A stretch of 64,000 nucleotides of DNA from Candidatus Latescibacterota bacterium (lineage in GTDB: Bacteria; Latescibacterota; UBA2968; UBA8231): assembly GCA_965248265.1 (NCBI GenBank), contig CBDFJF010000002.1, positions 768,001-832,000 of the forward strand. The letters are read 5' to 3'. This document shows, piece after piece, positions 1-8,900 of this stretch. Both the position numbers and the translations under genes were made by a program. Positions within the stretch are counted from its first letter, which is position 1; each line of letters starts with the position of its first letter. The notes beneath the pieces were generated by a model, which did not search any database, had not been told where the DNA came from, and worked only from the letters and a program-made list of their open reading frames with translations.

Positions 1-147
1 GAAGGCCAATGGTCACCGTGGCCGTAACGAAGCGGCGCTGCGCTGCCCTGGAGCGGTAGCAAGCAGGCCAATATAATGCGTAGAAAATCATCATAAGTAT
101 CTATCTATAGTAGATATTACAGCGTTTTGTCACAAAAAGACCTCGAC

Positions 148-912
148 TCAATCTCCGGGGTACTTGACATACAGGAGGCACAGTCCGCAGGCCGGCACTG
201 TGGGTCCAGCATCCGACCTGTCCACTCCGTGCTCGCTATCCGGTTCAGAAAGAAGATGGCCGATGGATGCGCTCGCCATCTTGCCACGACCTACCTCCAC
301 CAGGGTACCCACGATGATCCGGACCATGTGACGGAGGAACCGATCGGCTTCGATCTCAAAAGTCAGGTCGTTGCCCTCAACCGTCCACTGGCAATCCGTG
401 ACTTCGCACAAGAAGCTGTTCGGGATGGGGTCGTGATTGCAGAAGGCTTCAAATCCGTGCTGACCGTACAGCAGACGACTGGCATCCTGCATGGCGGCGA
501 GGTCGAGGGCTGGTCGGTACAGGGTCCACACCTGACGCCGCTGCAACGGGGACTTGGCCATTGAGATGCGATAGCGGTACCTCTTGCTGAGGGGACTATA
601 GCGGGCGTGGAAATCGGCCGGGACCTCGCGCACCGCGGTGATGGCGATATCATCCGGGAGCAGGCCGTTGAGGGCGTGCTTCATGCGGTCGGAATCGTGC
701 CTGGAGTCCGTGTCGAAGTGCGCCACCTGTCCGCGGGCGTGGACCCCGGCGTCTGTGCGACCGGCACCCACCGGGACAATCTTTTGCTGCAGGAAGCGGT
801 TGAGCGCGGTGCTCAGCTCACCCTGGACCGTGCGCCCTTGAGGCTGAATCTGCCAGCCGACGAAATCGGTGCCGTCATACTCGATGTCCAGCCGGACTCG
901 GCGCGTGTTCAC
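148..912 (-). CDS. truA: tRNA pseudouridine(38-40) synthase TruA
   Basis: EYDGTDFVGWQIQ, AGRTDAGVHA (catalytic Asp), FHARY and FLRHMVR motifs. Confidence 0.97.
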   Translation of the reverse strand: MNTRRVRLDIEYDGTDFVGWQIQPQGRTVQGELSTALNRFLQQKIVPVGAGRTDAGVHARGQVAHFDTDSRHDSDRMKHALNGLLPDDIAITAVREVPADFHARYSPLSKRYRYRISMAKSPLQRRQVWTLYRPALDLAAMQDASRLLYGQHGFEAFCNHDPIPNSFLCEVTDCQWTVEGNDLTFEIEADRFLRHMVRIIVGTLVEVGRGKMASASIGHLLSEPDSEHGVDRSDAGPTVPACGLCLLYVKYPGD

Positions 913-1736
913 ACGACAATCCCGAGACTGGGCACGAGTCCGAGGATGGTAGCGAGCGCTACGATTATACCGACCGCGACGGCTGCGTGTAGATCGCGCC
1001 GGCCCAATTCCAGCAGGTGGTAATTCGTGCGTCCGACTCCGCCGCGATAGCAGCGGCTCTCCATGGCGATGGCAAGGCGGTCGGCTCGCGCGAAAGCGGA
1101 GAGGAACAGCGGTACCAGAAGCGGCAGGAGCTGACGGGCGCGGCGGATGGGGCCACCGCTGAAGTCGGCGCCCCGGGCGAGCTGCGCCTTGTGCAGCCGT
1201 TCGGCCTCTTCGATGAGCACGGGGATGAAGCGCAACGCGATCGTCACCATCATGGCGAGTTCGTGCGCCGGAAACCCGAAACGGCGCAACGGATTCAGAA
1301 GGCGCTCGAGCCCATCGGTGATCTCAATCGGAGAAGTCGTCAACGTCAACAGGGACGCCAGGCTGACGACGACGGCCAATCGCAAAGAAAAGAACGCTCC
1401 GAAGCGAAGTCCCTCATAGGAGAAGCCGAGATCGGTCAACGGTATTCGCACAATGACGACACCGGGACTCATCAGGCCATGCATGATCAGTGTGAAGGCG
1501 AACAACCAGAGAAACGGTCGAAGGTTGCGCAGCAGCAGCGTCATCGTCAGTAGAGACAGCCGTGCCGACACCAGGACGAACACTGAAAAGAGGATCAGCG
1601 CCGGAAGTCTGTCACACTGAACGGCCGCGATCATGAGCGCCAATGTGGCGACGAGCTTGGTACGCGGGTCCAGTCGGTGGACGGGTGAGTCGAGGGCGAC
1701 GTACTTGCCGAGGGCGATGTTCTTGAGGGTGTTCAT
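909..1736 (-). CDS. ecfT: Energy-coupling factor transporter transmembrane component T (CbiQ/EcfT)
   Basis: SPVHRLDPRTKL N-terminus, several TM helices, ALRFIPVL..AQLARG and AMESRCY (two conserved Arg motifs). Confidence 0.92.
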   Translation of the reverse strand: MNTLKNIALGKYVALDSPVHRLDPRTKLVATLALMIAAVQCDRLPALILFSVFVLVSARLSLLTMTLLLRNLRPFLWLFAFTLIMHGLMSPGVVIVRIPLTDLGFSYEGLRFGAFFSLRLAVVVSLASLLTLTTSPIEITDGLERLLNPLRRFGFPAHELAMMVTIALRFIPVLIEEAERLHKAQLARGADFSGGPIRRARQLLPLLVPLFLSAFARADRLAIAMESRCYRGGVGRTNYHLLELGRRDLHAAVAVGIIVALATILGLVPSLGIVV

Positions 1737-2650
1737 GCCTGTGGATGGTGGGTATGGGAACCATAGATCAGGGTCGTTGACATCGAGGCGTGGCCCAGAA
1801 GTTGTTGCACGTCACGCACGTCTCCCCCGCCGTCGACCAGATGGGCGGCGAAGGTGTGGCGCAAGGTCTGTGGGCTGACTTTCCGCTGAATCCCCGCGGC
1901 TCGAGCAGCCGATTTGATGATTTTCCACACACTCATGCGAGAGAGCGCGCGTCCGCGCACGCTCAGAAAAAACGTTCTGACGTCGTCAGGGTTCAACCTG
2001 TGCAGTTCGGGTCTTGCATGGTCGGCGTAGCGCCTCAATGATTCAACAGCTGGCTCGCCGATCGGAACCGTTCGCTCTCTGGCGCCCTTGCCTGGAATGC
2101 GGACCAGGCCGGATTGCGGCAACACGTCATGCTCATTCAGCTGGATCAACTCCGACGCCGTTATTCCGGAAGCATAGAGCAACTCGAGAAGGGCGCGATT
2201 TCGCAAACCCACAGGATGATCCTCCCTGGCCGTTTCGACGAGTCTCTTGGCCTCGGCTATGCTCAAGAAATCCAGTGACCGTGGGATCGGTACGACGGTG
2301 GTGATGCGCTCGGCCGGATTGCGGTGACATAGGTTGCGGGTCTGCAGGAATCGATGGAACTGCCGTACGGACGAGGTGTTGCGTGCGAGGCTGGCCGTGG
2401 ACAGTCCCTGATTTTGCAGCTTTTCGAGCAATCCGTGGACATGGTCGGGACCGACCTCCTCGAGGCTGCTCACGCCCTGGGCGTCGAGGAACTCAAGATA
2501 GCGCTGTACATCGCGGCGATACGCGGCGCTGGTGTTGACACTCAGCGTCTCGTCGAGCGACTGCAGAAAGATCAAGAAGGGGGAGCGGAGATGTTCCGGT
2601 AACCGGATGGGAGACGCGCTACTGTGCCCCGGGGAGGCGGACCTTGTCAT
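1733..2650 (-). CDS. XerD-like tyrosine recombinase with degenerate active site
   Basis: N-terminal SAM-like domain (LSVNTSAAYRRDV), RNRALLELLYASG, GKG..ER.VP, TLRHTFA.HL, VQQLLGH..STT.IY; first catalytic Arg replaced by Thr and HxxR His replaced by Gln. Confidence 0.88.
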   Translation of the reverse strand: MTRSASPGHSSASPIRLPEHLRSPFLIFLQSLDETLSVNTSAAYRRDVQRYLEFLDAQGVSSLEEVGPDHVHGLLEKLQNQGLSTASLARNTSSVRQFHRFLQTRNLCHRNPAERITTVVPIPRSLDFLSIAEAKRLVETAREDHPVGLRNRALLELLYASGITASELIQLNEHDVLPQSGLVRIPGKGARERTVPIGEPAVESLRRYADHARPELHRLNPDDVRTFFLSVRGRALSRMSVWKIIKSAARAAGIQRKVSPQTLRHTFAAHLVDGGGDVRDVQQLLGHASMSTTLIYGSHTHHPQA

Positions 2651-3209
2651 AGTCGATCTGAACCCCCTCGAACTCCAAAAGTGCCTTTTTCCAGTGCGGT
2701 CCGGCGGAGTAGCCGATCAGGCCTCCTGTCGCCGCCACGGCACGGTGGCACGGATAGATGATGGGCAGCGGATTCTGGCTCACCGCGTTGCCGATAATTC
2801 GTGCCTGACTTTCCGGCAGGCCCAGTCGCATGGCGATCTGGCCGTAGGTTTCGAACTGGCCGTGCGGAATGCTATTCAGCGAGCTCCAGATTTTGCGCTG
2901 AGCATCTGTTCCCACTCCGGGCGGCAATGGGACATTGAACTCGGTCGGCTTGCCGATGAAATACTGCATGAACTTGGTGATCAGCTCCTGCCCGCCTGCG
3001 TGGGGAGGCAAGAAGCGGCGGATGCTGGTGCGGCGCTCGCCGGGATCGAATGGACCGATGACGATATTGATGACCGTTTCCTCATGCCAGCAAATACGCA
3101 CCGTGCCAAACTGGGTGACGACGTCCGTGGACGCGGTCATGGTGTTGTTGATTTCGTCGTGGAACTTGGGTCGAACAGATCCCTGGCCGACGTCGTGGTC
3201 TTCGCTCAT
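2619..3209 (-). CDS. ogt: Methylated-DNA--protein-cysteine S-methyltransferase (Ogt/Ada-C family)
   Basis: IPHGQFETYGQIA, NPLPIIYPCHR active-site motif, K.ALLEFEG; start uncertain. Confidence 0.9.
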   Translation of the reverse strand: MSEDHDVGQGSVRPKFHDEINNTMTASTDVVTQFGTVRICWHEETVINIVIGPFDPGERRTSIRRFLPPHAGGQELITKFMQYFIGKPTEFNVPLPPGVGTDAQRKIWSSLNSIPHGQFETYGQIAMRLGLPESQARIIGNAVSQNPLPIIYPCHRAVAATGGLIGYSAGPHWKKALLEFEGVQIDYDKVRLPGAQ

Positions 3210-5080
3210 GCCGTCTCCGAGTCTTGCGGGCGAAGCTCGTTTTCAGCCAGTTGTTCTTTGATGGCACGCGCTATCTTGAGGCTGATTCCCCTGGTCGTGG
3301 CGATCTCGTCAACCGGGGCGGAGCGCAAGCGATGCACCGAACCGAACTGTTGCAGCAGGGCCTGTCGACGTCCCGGCCCGACGCCCGGGATGCCGTCCAG
3401 CTCGGATGCCACCGTACGCTTGCCACGCAGCTTCTGATGATACTTGAGGGCGAACCGATGTGCCTCGTCGCGCAACGTCTGCAACAGACGCAAGCTGGCG
3501 GATGCTCTCGGCAGCAGGACAGCCTCGCTGCTACCGGGGACGAACACTTCCTCCAAGCGCTTTGCCAGGCCGATGACGGGTTGATTCCGGATACCGAGTT
3601 GGTGCAGGGCGGAAACGGCATTCGACAGCTGTCCCTTGCCGCCGTCGACCATCAGCAGATCCGGGAAGGGCTCGCCACGCTCTTGCAGACCTCGGAACCG
3701 CCGCAACACGACCTCGCGAATGCTGGCAAAGTCGTCGGGAGCGCTGACCCCTTTGATGCGGAAGTGGCGGTACTCGCTCCGGCGGGGCTTGCCGTCAACG
3801 ACGCAGACGACCGAACCCACGGTGTCCGTACCCTGGAAGTTGGAGATGTCGATCCCTTCCACCCGACGAGGCGCTGACGGCAAACTCAGATCGCGCTGCA
3901 AGGCTGCCACCGCCTGGGGCATTCGATCCTTCGTGAGCTCGCGCTTCATTTGACGTTCCCGCAGGATGTGACCGGCATTGATGTCGGCCATCTCCTGGGA
4001 CTTGGCCTTCAAGCCGCGCTGACTGACGGCGATTTCCACCTTTCCGTCAGCCTTCGTCGACAACCACTCGCTGAGTACGACGGCATCCGGTAATGCCACA
4101 CGGCAATGGATCTCCCGTGGGATGAAATCGGTATGCAGGTAGAACTGGCCGACAAAAGCGGAGACGATCTCCGCATCCTCGTGATCGATGACGCCATTGA
4201 GGAAGTGGTGTTTCTGTGCCAGCAAGCGGCCCTCCCGAATCTCGAGCACGGTGCAGCAGGCCTCGTCGTCGCTCCGGGATAGCCCGATTACATCGCGGTT
4301 CACGTTCTGGTCGAGGACCACTTTTTGCCTAGCCTGCGTCATCCGCAGGGCGTGGATCTGGTCACGAAGTCGAGCTGCCTGTTCGTAGCGCATCTCCCGA
4401 GAAGCCCGGGTCATTTGTTGATCCAGTTCCCTCACAACGCTGGTGTTATTGCCCTTGAGAAAGCGCACGGCGCGATCGACGACGGCGCGGTACTCTCCCT
4501 GTTCGACCAGGGCTTCACACGGACCATCACAGCGATGGATCTGGTGTTCCAGGCACAGCTTGACGTTGGCCGCCGGCAGGTCGTAATCGCAGCTGCGCAC
4601 GGGAAAAATCTTGTGCATCACATCCAGCGCCGTCCGCATGGCCTTGGCGTTGTGATAGGGTCCCAGGTATCGCGACCCATCGCGCACTATATCCCGCGTC
4701 CAGAAGATTCTCGGAAAGGTCTCATGGGTGATCCGGATGAACGGGTACTTCTTGTCGTCCTTGAGATAGATATTGTAGCGTGGCCGATGGGTCTTGATGT
4801 AGTTGCTCTCGAGAATGAGTGCCTCTTTGTCGCTTTCAGTCACGACGTAGCCGATGTCGCGGATCTTGGCGACCAAAGCCTGCAGCTGAGGCCTTCCATC
4901 ATCGCCGGCACCCTTGCTGAAATAGGAGCGCACACGGCTGCGCAGGCTTTTAGCTTTGCCTACGTAGATGACCCGGCCTTGCTCATTCTTCATCAGGTAG
5001 ACTCCCGGTTTCGCCGGCAGGCTACCCAACTTGAAATGCAGGTGTTCTGATACCGATTCAGTCATCCCAACGGGGCGCAT
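3206..5080 (-). CDS. uvrC: Excinuclease ABC subunit C
   Basis: GIY-YIG domain (PGVYLM..IYVGKAKSLRSRVRSYF), Cys-rich region, UVR domain, RNase H-like DISN/DGGKGQ, RDEAHRFA, C-terminal HhH. Confidence 0.98.
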   Translation of the reverse strand: MRPVGMTESVSEHLHFKLGSLPAKPGVYLMKNEQGRVIYVGKAKSLRSRVRSYFSKGAGDDGRPQLQALVAKIRDIGYVVTESDKEALILESNYIKTHRPRYNIYLKDDKKYPFIRITHETFPRIFWTRDIVRDGSRYLGPYHNAKAMRTALDVMHKIFPVRSCDYDLPAANVKLCLEHQIHRCDGPCEALVEQGEYRAVVDRAVRFLKGNNTSVVRELDQQMTRASREMRYEQAARLRDQIHALRMTQARQKVVLDQNVNRDVIGLSRSDDEACCTVLEIREGRLLAQKHHFLNGVIDHEDAEIVSAFVGQFYLHTDFIPREIHCRVALPDAVVLSEWLSTKADGKVEIAVSQRGLKAKSQEMADINAGHILRERQMKRELTKDRMPQAVAALQRDLSLPSAPRRVEGIDISNFQGTDTVGSVVCVVDGKPRRSEYRHFRIKGVSAPDDFASIREVVLRRFRGLQERGEPFPDLLMVDGGKGQLSNAVSALHQLGIRNQPVIGLAKRLEEVFVPGSSEAVLLPRASASLRLLQTLRDEAHRFALKYHQKLRGKRTVASELDGIPGVGPGRRQALLQQFGSVHRLRSAPVDEIATTRGISLKIARAIKEQLAENELRPQDSETA

Positions 5081-5456
5081 CGATTGCTCGTAAATGCAAT
5101 AATACAGTATAGATAGCCAAATTGAGCGGATTGCACAACCGGCCGTAGCGGCGATTCAATGTGCGATAAAAACCTGCATGAATATCCAACCGGTGAGGAA
5201 AATCACCGCTCTCCAAATGCGAATCAGCATATTGTACGTGGAGTATAGAACAATTAAGATCATAACGGTGCTATTACCGGCTGTGTTGATGATCACTCAG
5301 AATATCGTCCCGATTGCCGGTTGCTACCGATATCGCGTAGTTCCAGCCACGCCACATACCACTCCGCTGGCTGCCTCCGGTCGCCCCAACCGAGCCCTGT
5401 GCGTGGACGACCAAGAACTCAACAACTACCCAGTCATTGCGCTACCGGAGCCAACG

Positions 5457-5790
5457 ATGACGAAGCGGATAGCAACACTTCTCGCCACGCTGTTTGTGTT
5501 CGCTCACATGAGCCCGGCGACCAGCTTTTCTCAAGATCCTATTCTCGCCTTCGGCGTCGCCGAGGATGCGGCCGTGAATGGTACCGGCGGCGTAATGTTC
5601 CTGGCTGCCCGTTGAAGTGACCGACAACACCGTCTTCATCGATGAGAACTCGAAAAGTCTCGACCCCGACGCACTGCAGCAGGGCGATAACGTGAATGTT
5701 GATGCCAAGTATTCGACGACTAGCGAGCCCACCGCACTGCTGGTTCAGAGAGTCGATCCGGCCGTCGCAGAGGGCCGGCACTGCGAGTGA
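5457..5790 (+). pseudogene. Frameshifted, truncated paralog of the N-terminus of the 10644 surface protein
   Basis: MTKRIATLLATL..MSP matches MTKRIATILTAL..MSP at 10644, with the same CCGGAG RBS context. Removing one G near 5607 gives GGVMFLAPVEV..QQGDNVNVDAKYSTTSEPTALLV, matching MQGDQLNIEACWTKEGVPTATVV. Stop at 5788-5790. Confidence 0.75.
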
Positions 5791-5948
5791 TGTGACTCAC
5801 AGGCTTCCGGGCGAATTGTTGCGATACTAGTTGGCTAAGGTCTGTATGCGTTTTGCGGCAGTCCGTATATTGTGCAACTTGAGGACGGCCCTCGACCGCA
5901 GCGTCTCCTTCACCCCTACCGCAGGGCCGTTTTTCGAAAGGAAACGAC

Positions 5949-8900
5949 ATGTCCATGGCGCTCCGGCACCCGATCCCTCGGCTCTCGTTCACCCTGCTGA
6001 CTGCGTCTCTTCTCCTGTGGGCGGAGGAGAGTTTCGGCACCACCAATGAGAATTTTAACGCGGTCATCGCGAACCAGCAGAAGGTGTTCAAGAACCCGCA
6101 GCCCGGCCAAGAGATTCGGGTTAGAATAGGGGTAGAAGGCATCTCAGAGGTCAGGCAGATCAGCGCTCAGGTCGCCTACGATCCCGAGTTTTTCGACTTC
6201 GATGAAGTCGTGAGGGGAAATCTCCTCGAGGATGGCGAGTTTTTCGTAAGTAGTAATGAAATGGTCGGAAATCTCTCGGCGGTTTCCGCAGGCGTAATCA
6301 GCTTTGGCACAGAGCCCGACCGCTCCAGCAGGGGGATCGTGGGAGAGTGGGTGTTCATTCTGAGGGAGCCGATCACCGAGATGGACGGACACACCGACCT
6401 CTCGCTGACTTACATCAGAGCCGCCATGACGACGGATGATGCCGACGAGCGCGTGTTCGCGCCTGGCGTACTCACCATCACGGCCGCGTTCGATCGGTCG
6501 AACAAGTTCGAAGGCAAGGGGGTGAAGGCCTTCCCGCGGTTCCGCAGTGCCTCGATCCAGTGGAAAACTCAGGAGCGGGGCATCCAGGACGTCGCCAGAG
6601 TCGACGAGTTGAACCTGACGGGCGAGTTCGTGAGGATCGGCGAGTTCGAGCCGAATTACCCGGATCAGGCGCTGGATCTGCTACGCGACATGGATCAATA
6701 CGCGCGCCGAGCGGCGGCGGGAGAAGTGCCGGACGTCGATTTCGTGAACGATGATGTCGAGACAATCCGCGCTGCCCTGAATATTGGCACGCCCGGCTTC
6801 GGGCTACCCGATCTGTTTCCGGACCTGCTGCAGTTAGCCAGACCTATATACAAGCGGTTCCTAGACCAGATACACCTTGTGGAGGTCACCGGGCTCACGC
6901 AGGGCACGCACTACCGGGCCTGTGTCGAGTCGACCAGCCTGACGGGTAACTTGAGTCCTGGGCCTCCTGAGGGGTGCGTGGAGTTCGATACGCGATCGAG
7001 GCAGGATCTGCGCAGGGCGGTGGCCAGCAACTTCGATTGCCAGCGGGGACTCACTTCTTCAACATGCGATTTCGACACCAACCGCCTGGTCAAGACGTCC
7101 TACTCGTTCTTGACGGTCGAAGACACGGGCCCGTCAACGATCGCCGGGATCAGTCAGCCTTCGTTAGGCGAGGTGGTCGCGACCGGGGAAGTCAACCCGC
7201 TTGGAGCCAAGGAGACCAACTTTACCGTCAAAGGTCTCGATCCGGGCACCCGGTACGGCATCGAAATCACGGCCGAACTGGTCGGGGAAATCTCCGACGA
7301 TCTGCCGCCCGGTTTTGCCTTGATCGACCTGCCCACGAGGATCATCAGAACACGGGCCAGACTCCCGGGAGGGGGGGCCATCACGGGCCCTCCCGCCCCG
7401 ATCCCGAGTTCCCAGAGTGCCGTGATCAAGTTCAACACGCCGCTGGCCGTCGTGGCCGACGTGTTCTTCGCAATCGGCCCTGATGTCGATCTTGCGTTGA
7501 AAGCGACCGCGAATCAAGAGGACTTTCCAGAAGATGATTTCACTTGGATGGCCAGCGGACAACGAGGTACGAAACATGAAATTGAGCTTTCCGGCCTCGA
7601 TCCGTTGACGAACTACGTCTATAAGATCGAGTATGACGTCGAGGGTGGTGAGAGGTTCTCCACCCGTGCCGATGGCAACACCAAATTCAGCGGGGTACTG
7701 GAGTTCGACACGACGGACCCCGCCGACCAGTCCCCGCCCGCCCTCACCGAGGGTCCGCGTGTGTTCACGACGGATGTGATCGCGGTAGCTCAATTTCGCA
7801 ACGATGTGGCGTCGACGGCATCCGTCTTTGTCGGCACGGCCTCCACCCTCGGGACCTCCGACGAGTACGAGTTCTCCGATGGGATACTCGACGGCAAGCA
7901 CAGCATCGTCATGTCGGGACTGGATCAAGGGGTCGACTACCTCTACCGCATCGAGTACACCGGCGCCAACGGCGTCACCGGAATCTTCTCCGGATCAGGT
8001 GATGTCGCCGGCAAGGCCACGGCGGCGTTGCAGCCGCCCGGCGGTGGGGGCGCCTTCACGACGACGAATGTTCCCGACACGCAATTTCCTGTGATCCTGA
8101 CCGGCCCCACGGTGTCGTCGAAGACCCACGACACCGCCATCGTCGAGTGGACGACGGACGAGCCCGCCGACAGTGACGTCCAGTTCGGCACGACAGAGCT
8201 GGATGAGCAGGAGGCCTCCGGCGTCAGTGAAACGAGCCACAAGATCACGCTGCCGGGTCTGACGCCGGGGACCACGTATCAGTACATCGTGGCCTCGACG
8301 GACGCTTCCGGCAACGGCGCCACGCAATCGGCCACGGCCGTGTTCACGACGGATCCGGAGATCGACCTGACCGCCCCCTCCATCGTCGGCACGCCCTCGA
8401 TCGGCTACAAGAATGAAAGCTCGGCCACAGTGCTGTGGACGACCAACGAAGAGGCCACCGGCAAGGTCGAATTCGGCACCGATGCACAGCTGGGCTTCAT
8501 CCGCACGCTGCCCGAGACGGAGACCGTGCACGAGATCACGCTGACGAATCTGGAGGCCTCGACGGAGTACTTCTACCGGGTCAGCTCCACCGACCTGAGC
8601 AACAATGGGCCGACGGAGTCGAGCATCCTCAGTTTCACCACCGACGCGGCCCCCGATCTGACGTCCCCGACGATCTCGAACATTCAGGTGGAGGAGGATG
8701 AGACTTCCGTCATCATCACTTGGGACACGAACGAGCTGGCCGACAGCTTCGTCGACTTCGGCACGACCTCGGGGCTGCTGACCTCCACGGTCGGCGACGT
8801 CGAGGATGTGACCGAGCACGAGATCACCATGACCAACCTGGAATCGGCCACGACCTACTTCTACACGGTCGGCTCGATCGACCGGGCCAACAACCCGCCG

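Noticed and set aside
68-125. Possible dif site near the xerD-like gene (TTATGATGATT on the minus strand)
   Set aside because: Only one arm partly resembles the XerD arm; the other arm and the spacer do not fit. More likely an AT-rich promoter region.
5178-5456. N-terminal 93 aa of ORF 5178..5615
   Set aside because: Lies in the divergent promoter region; homology and the RBS place the start at 5457.
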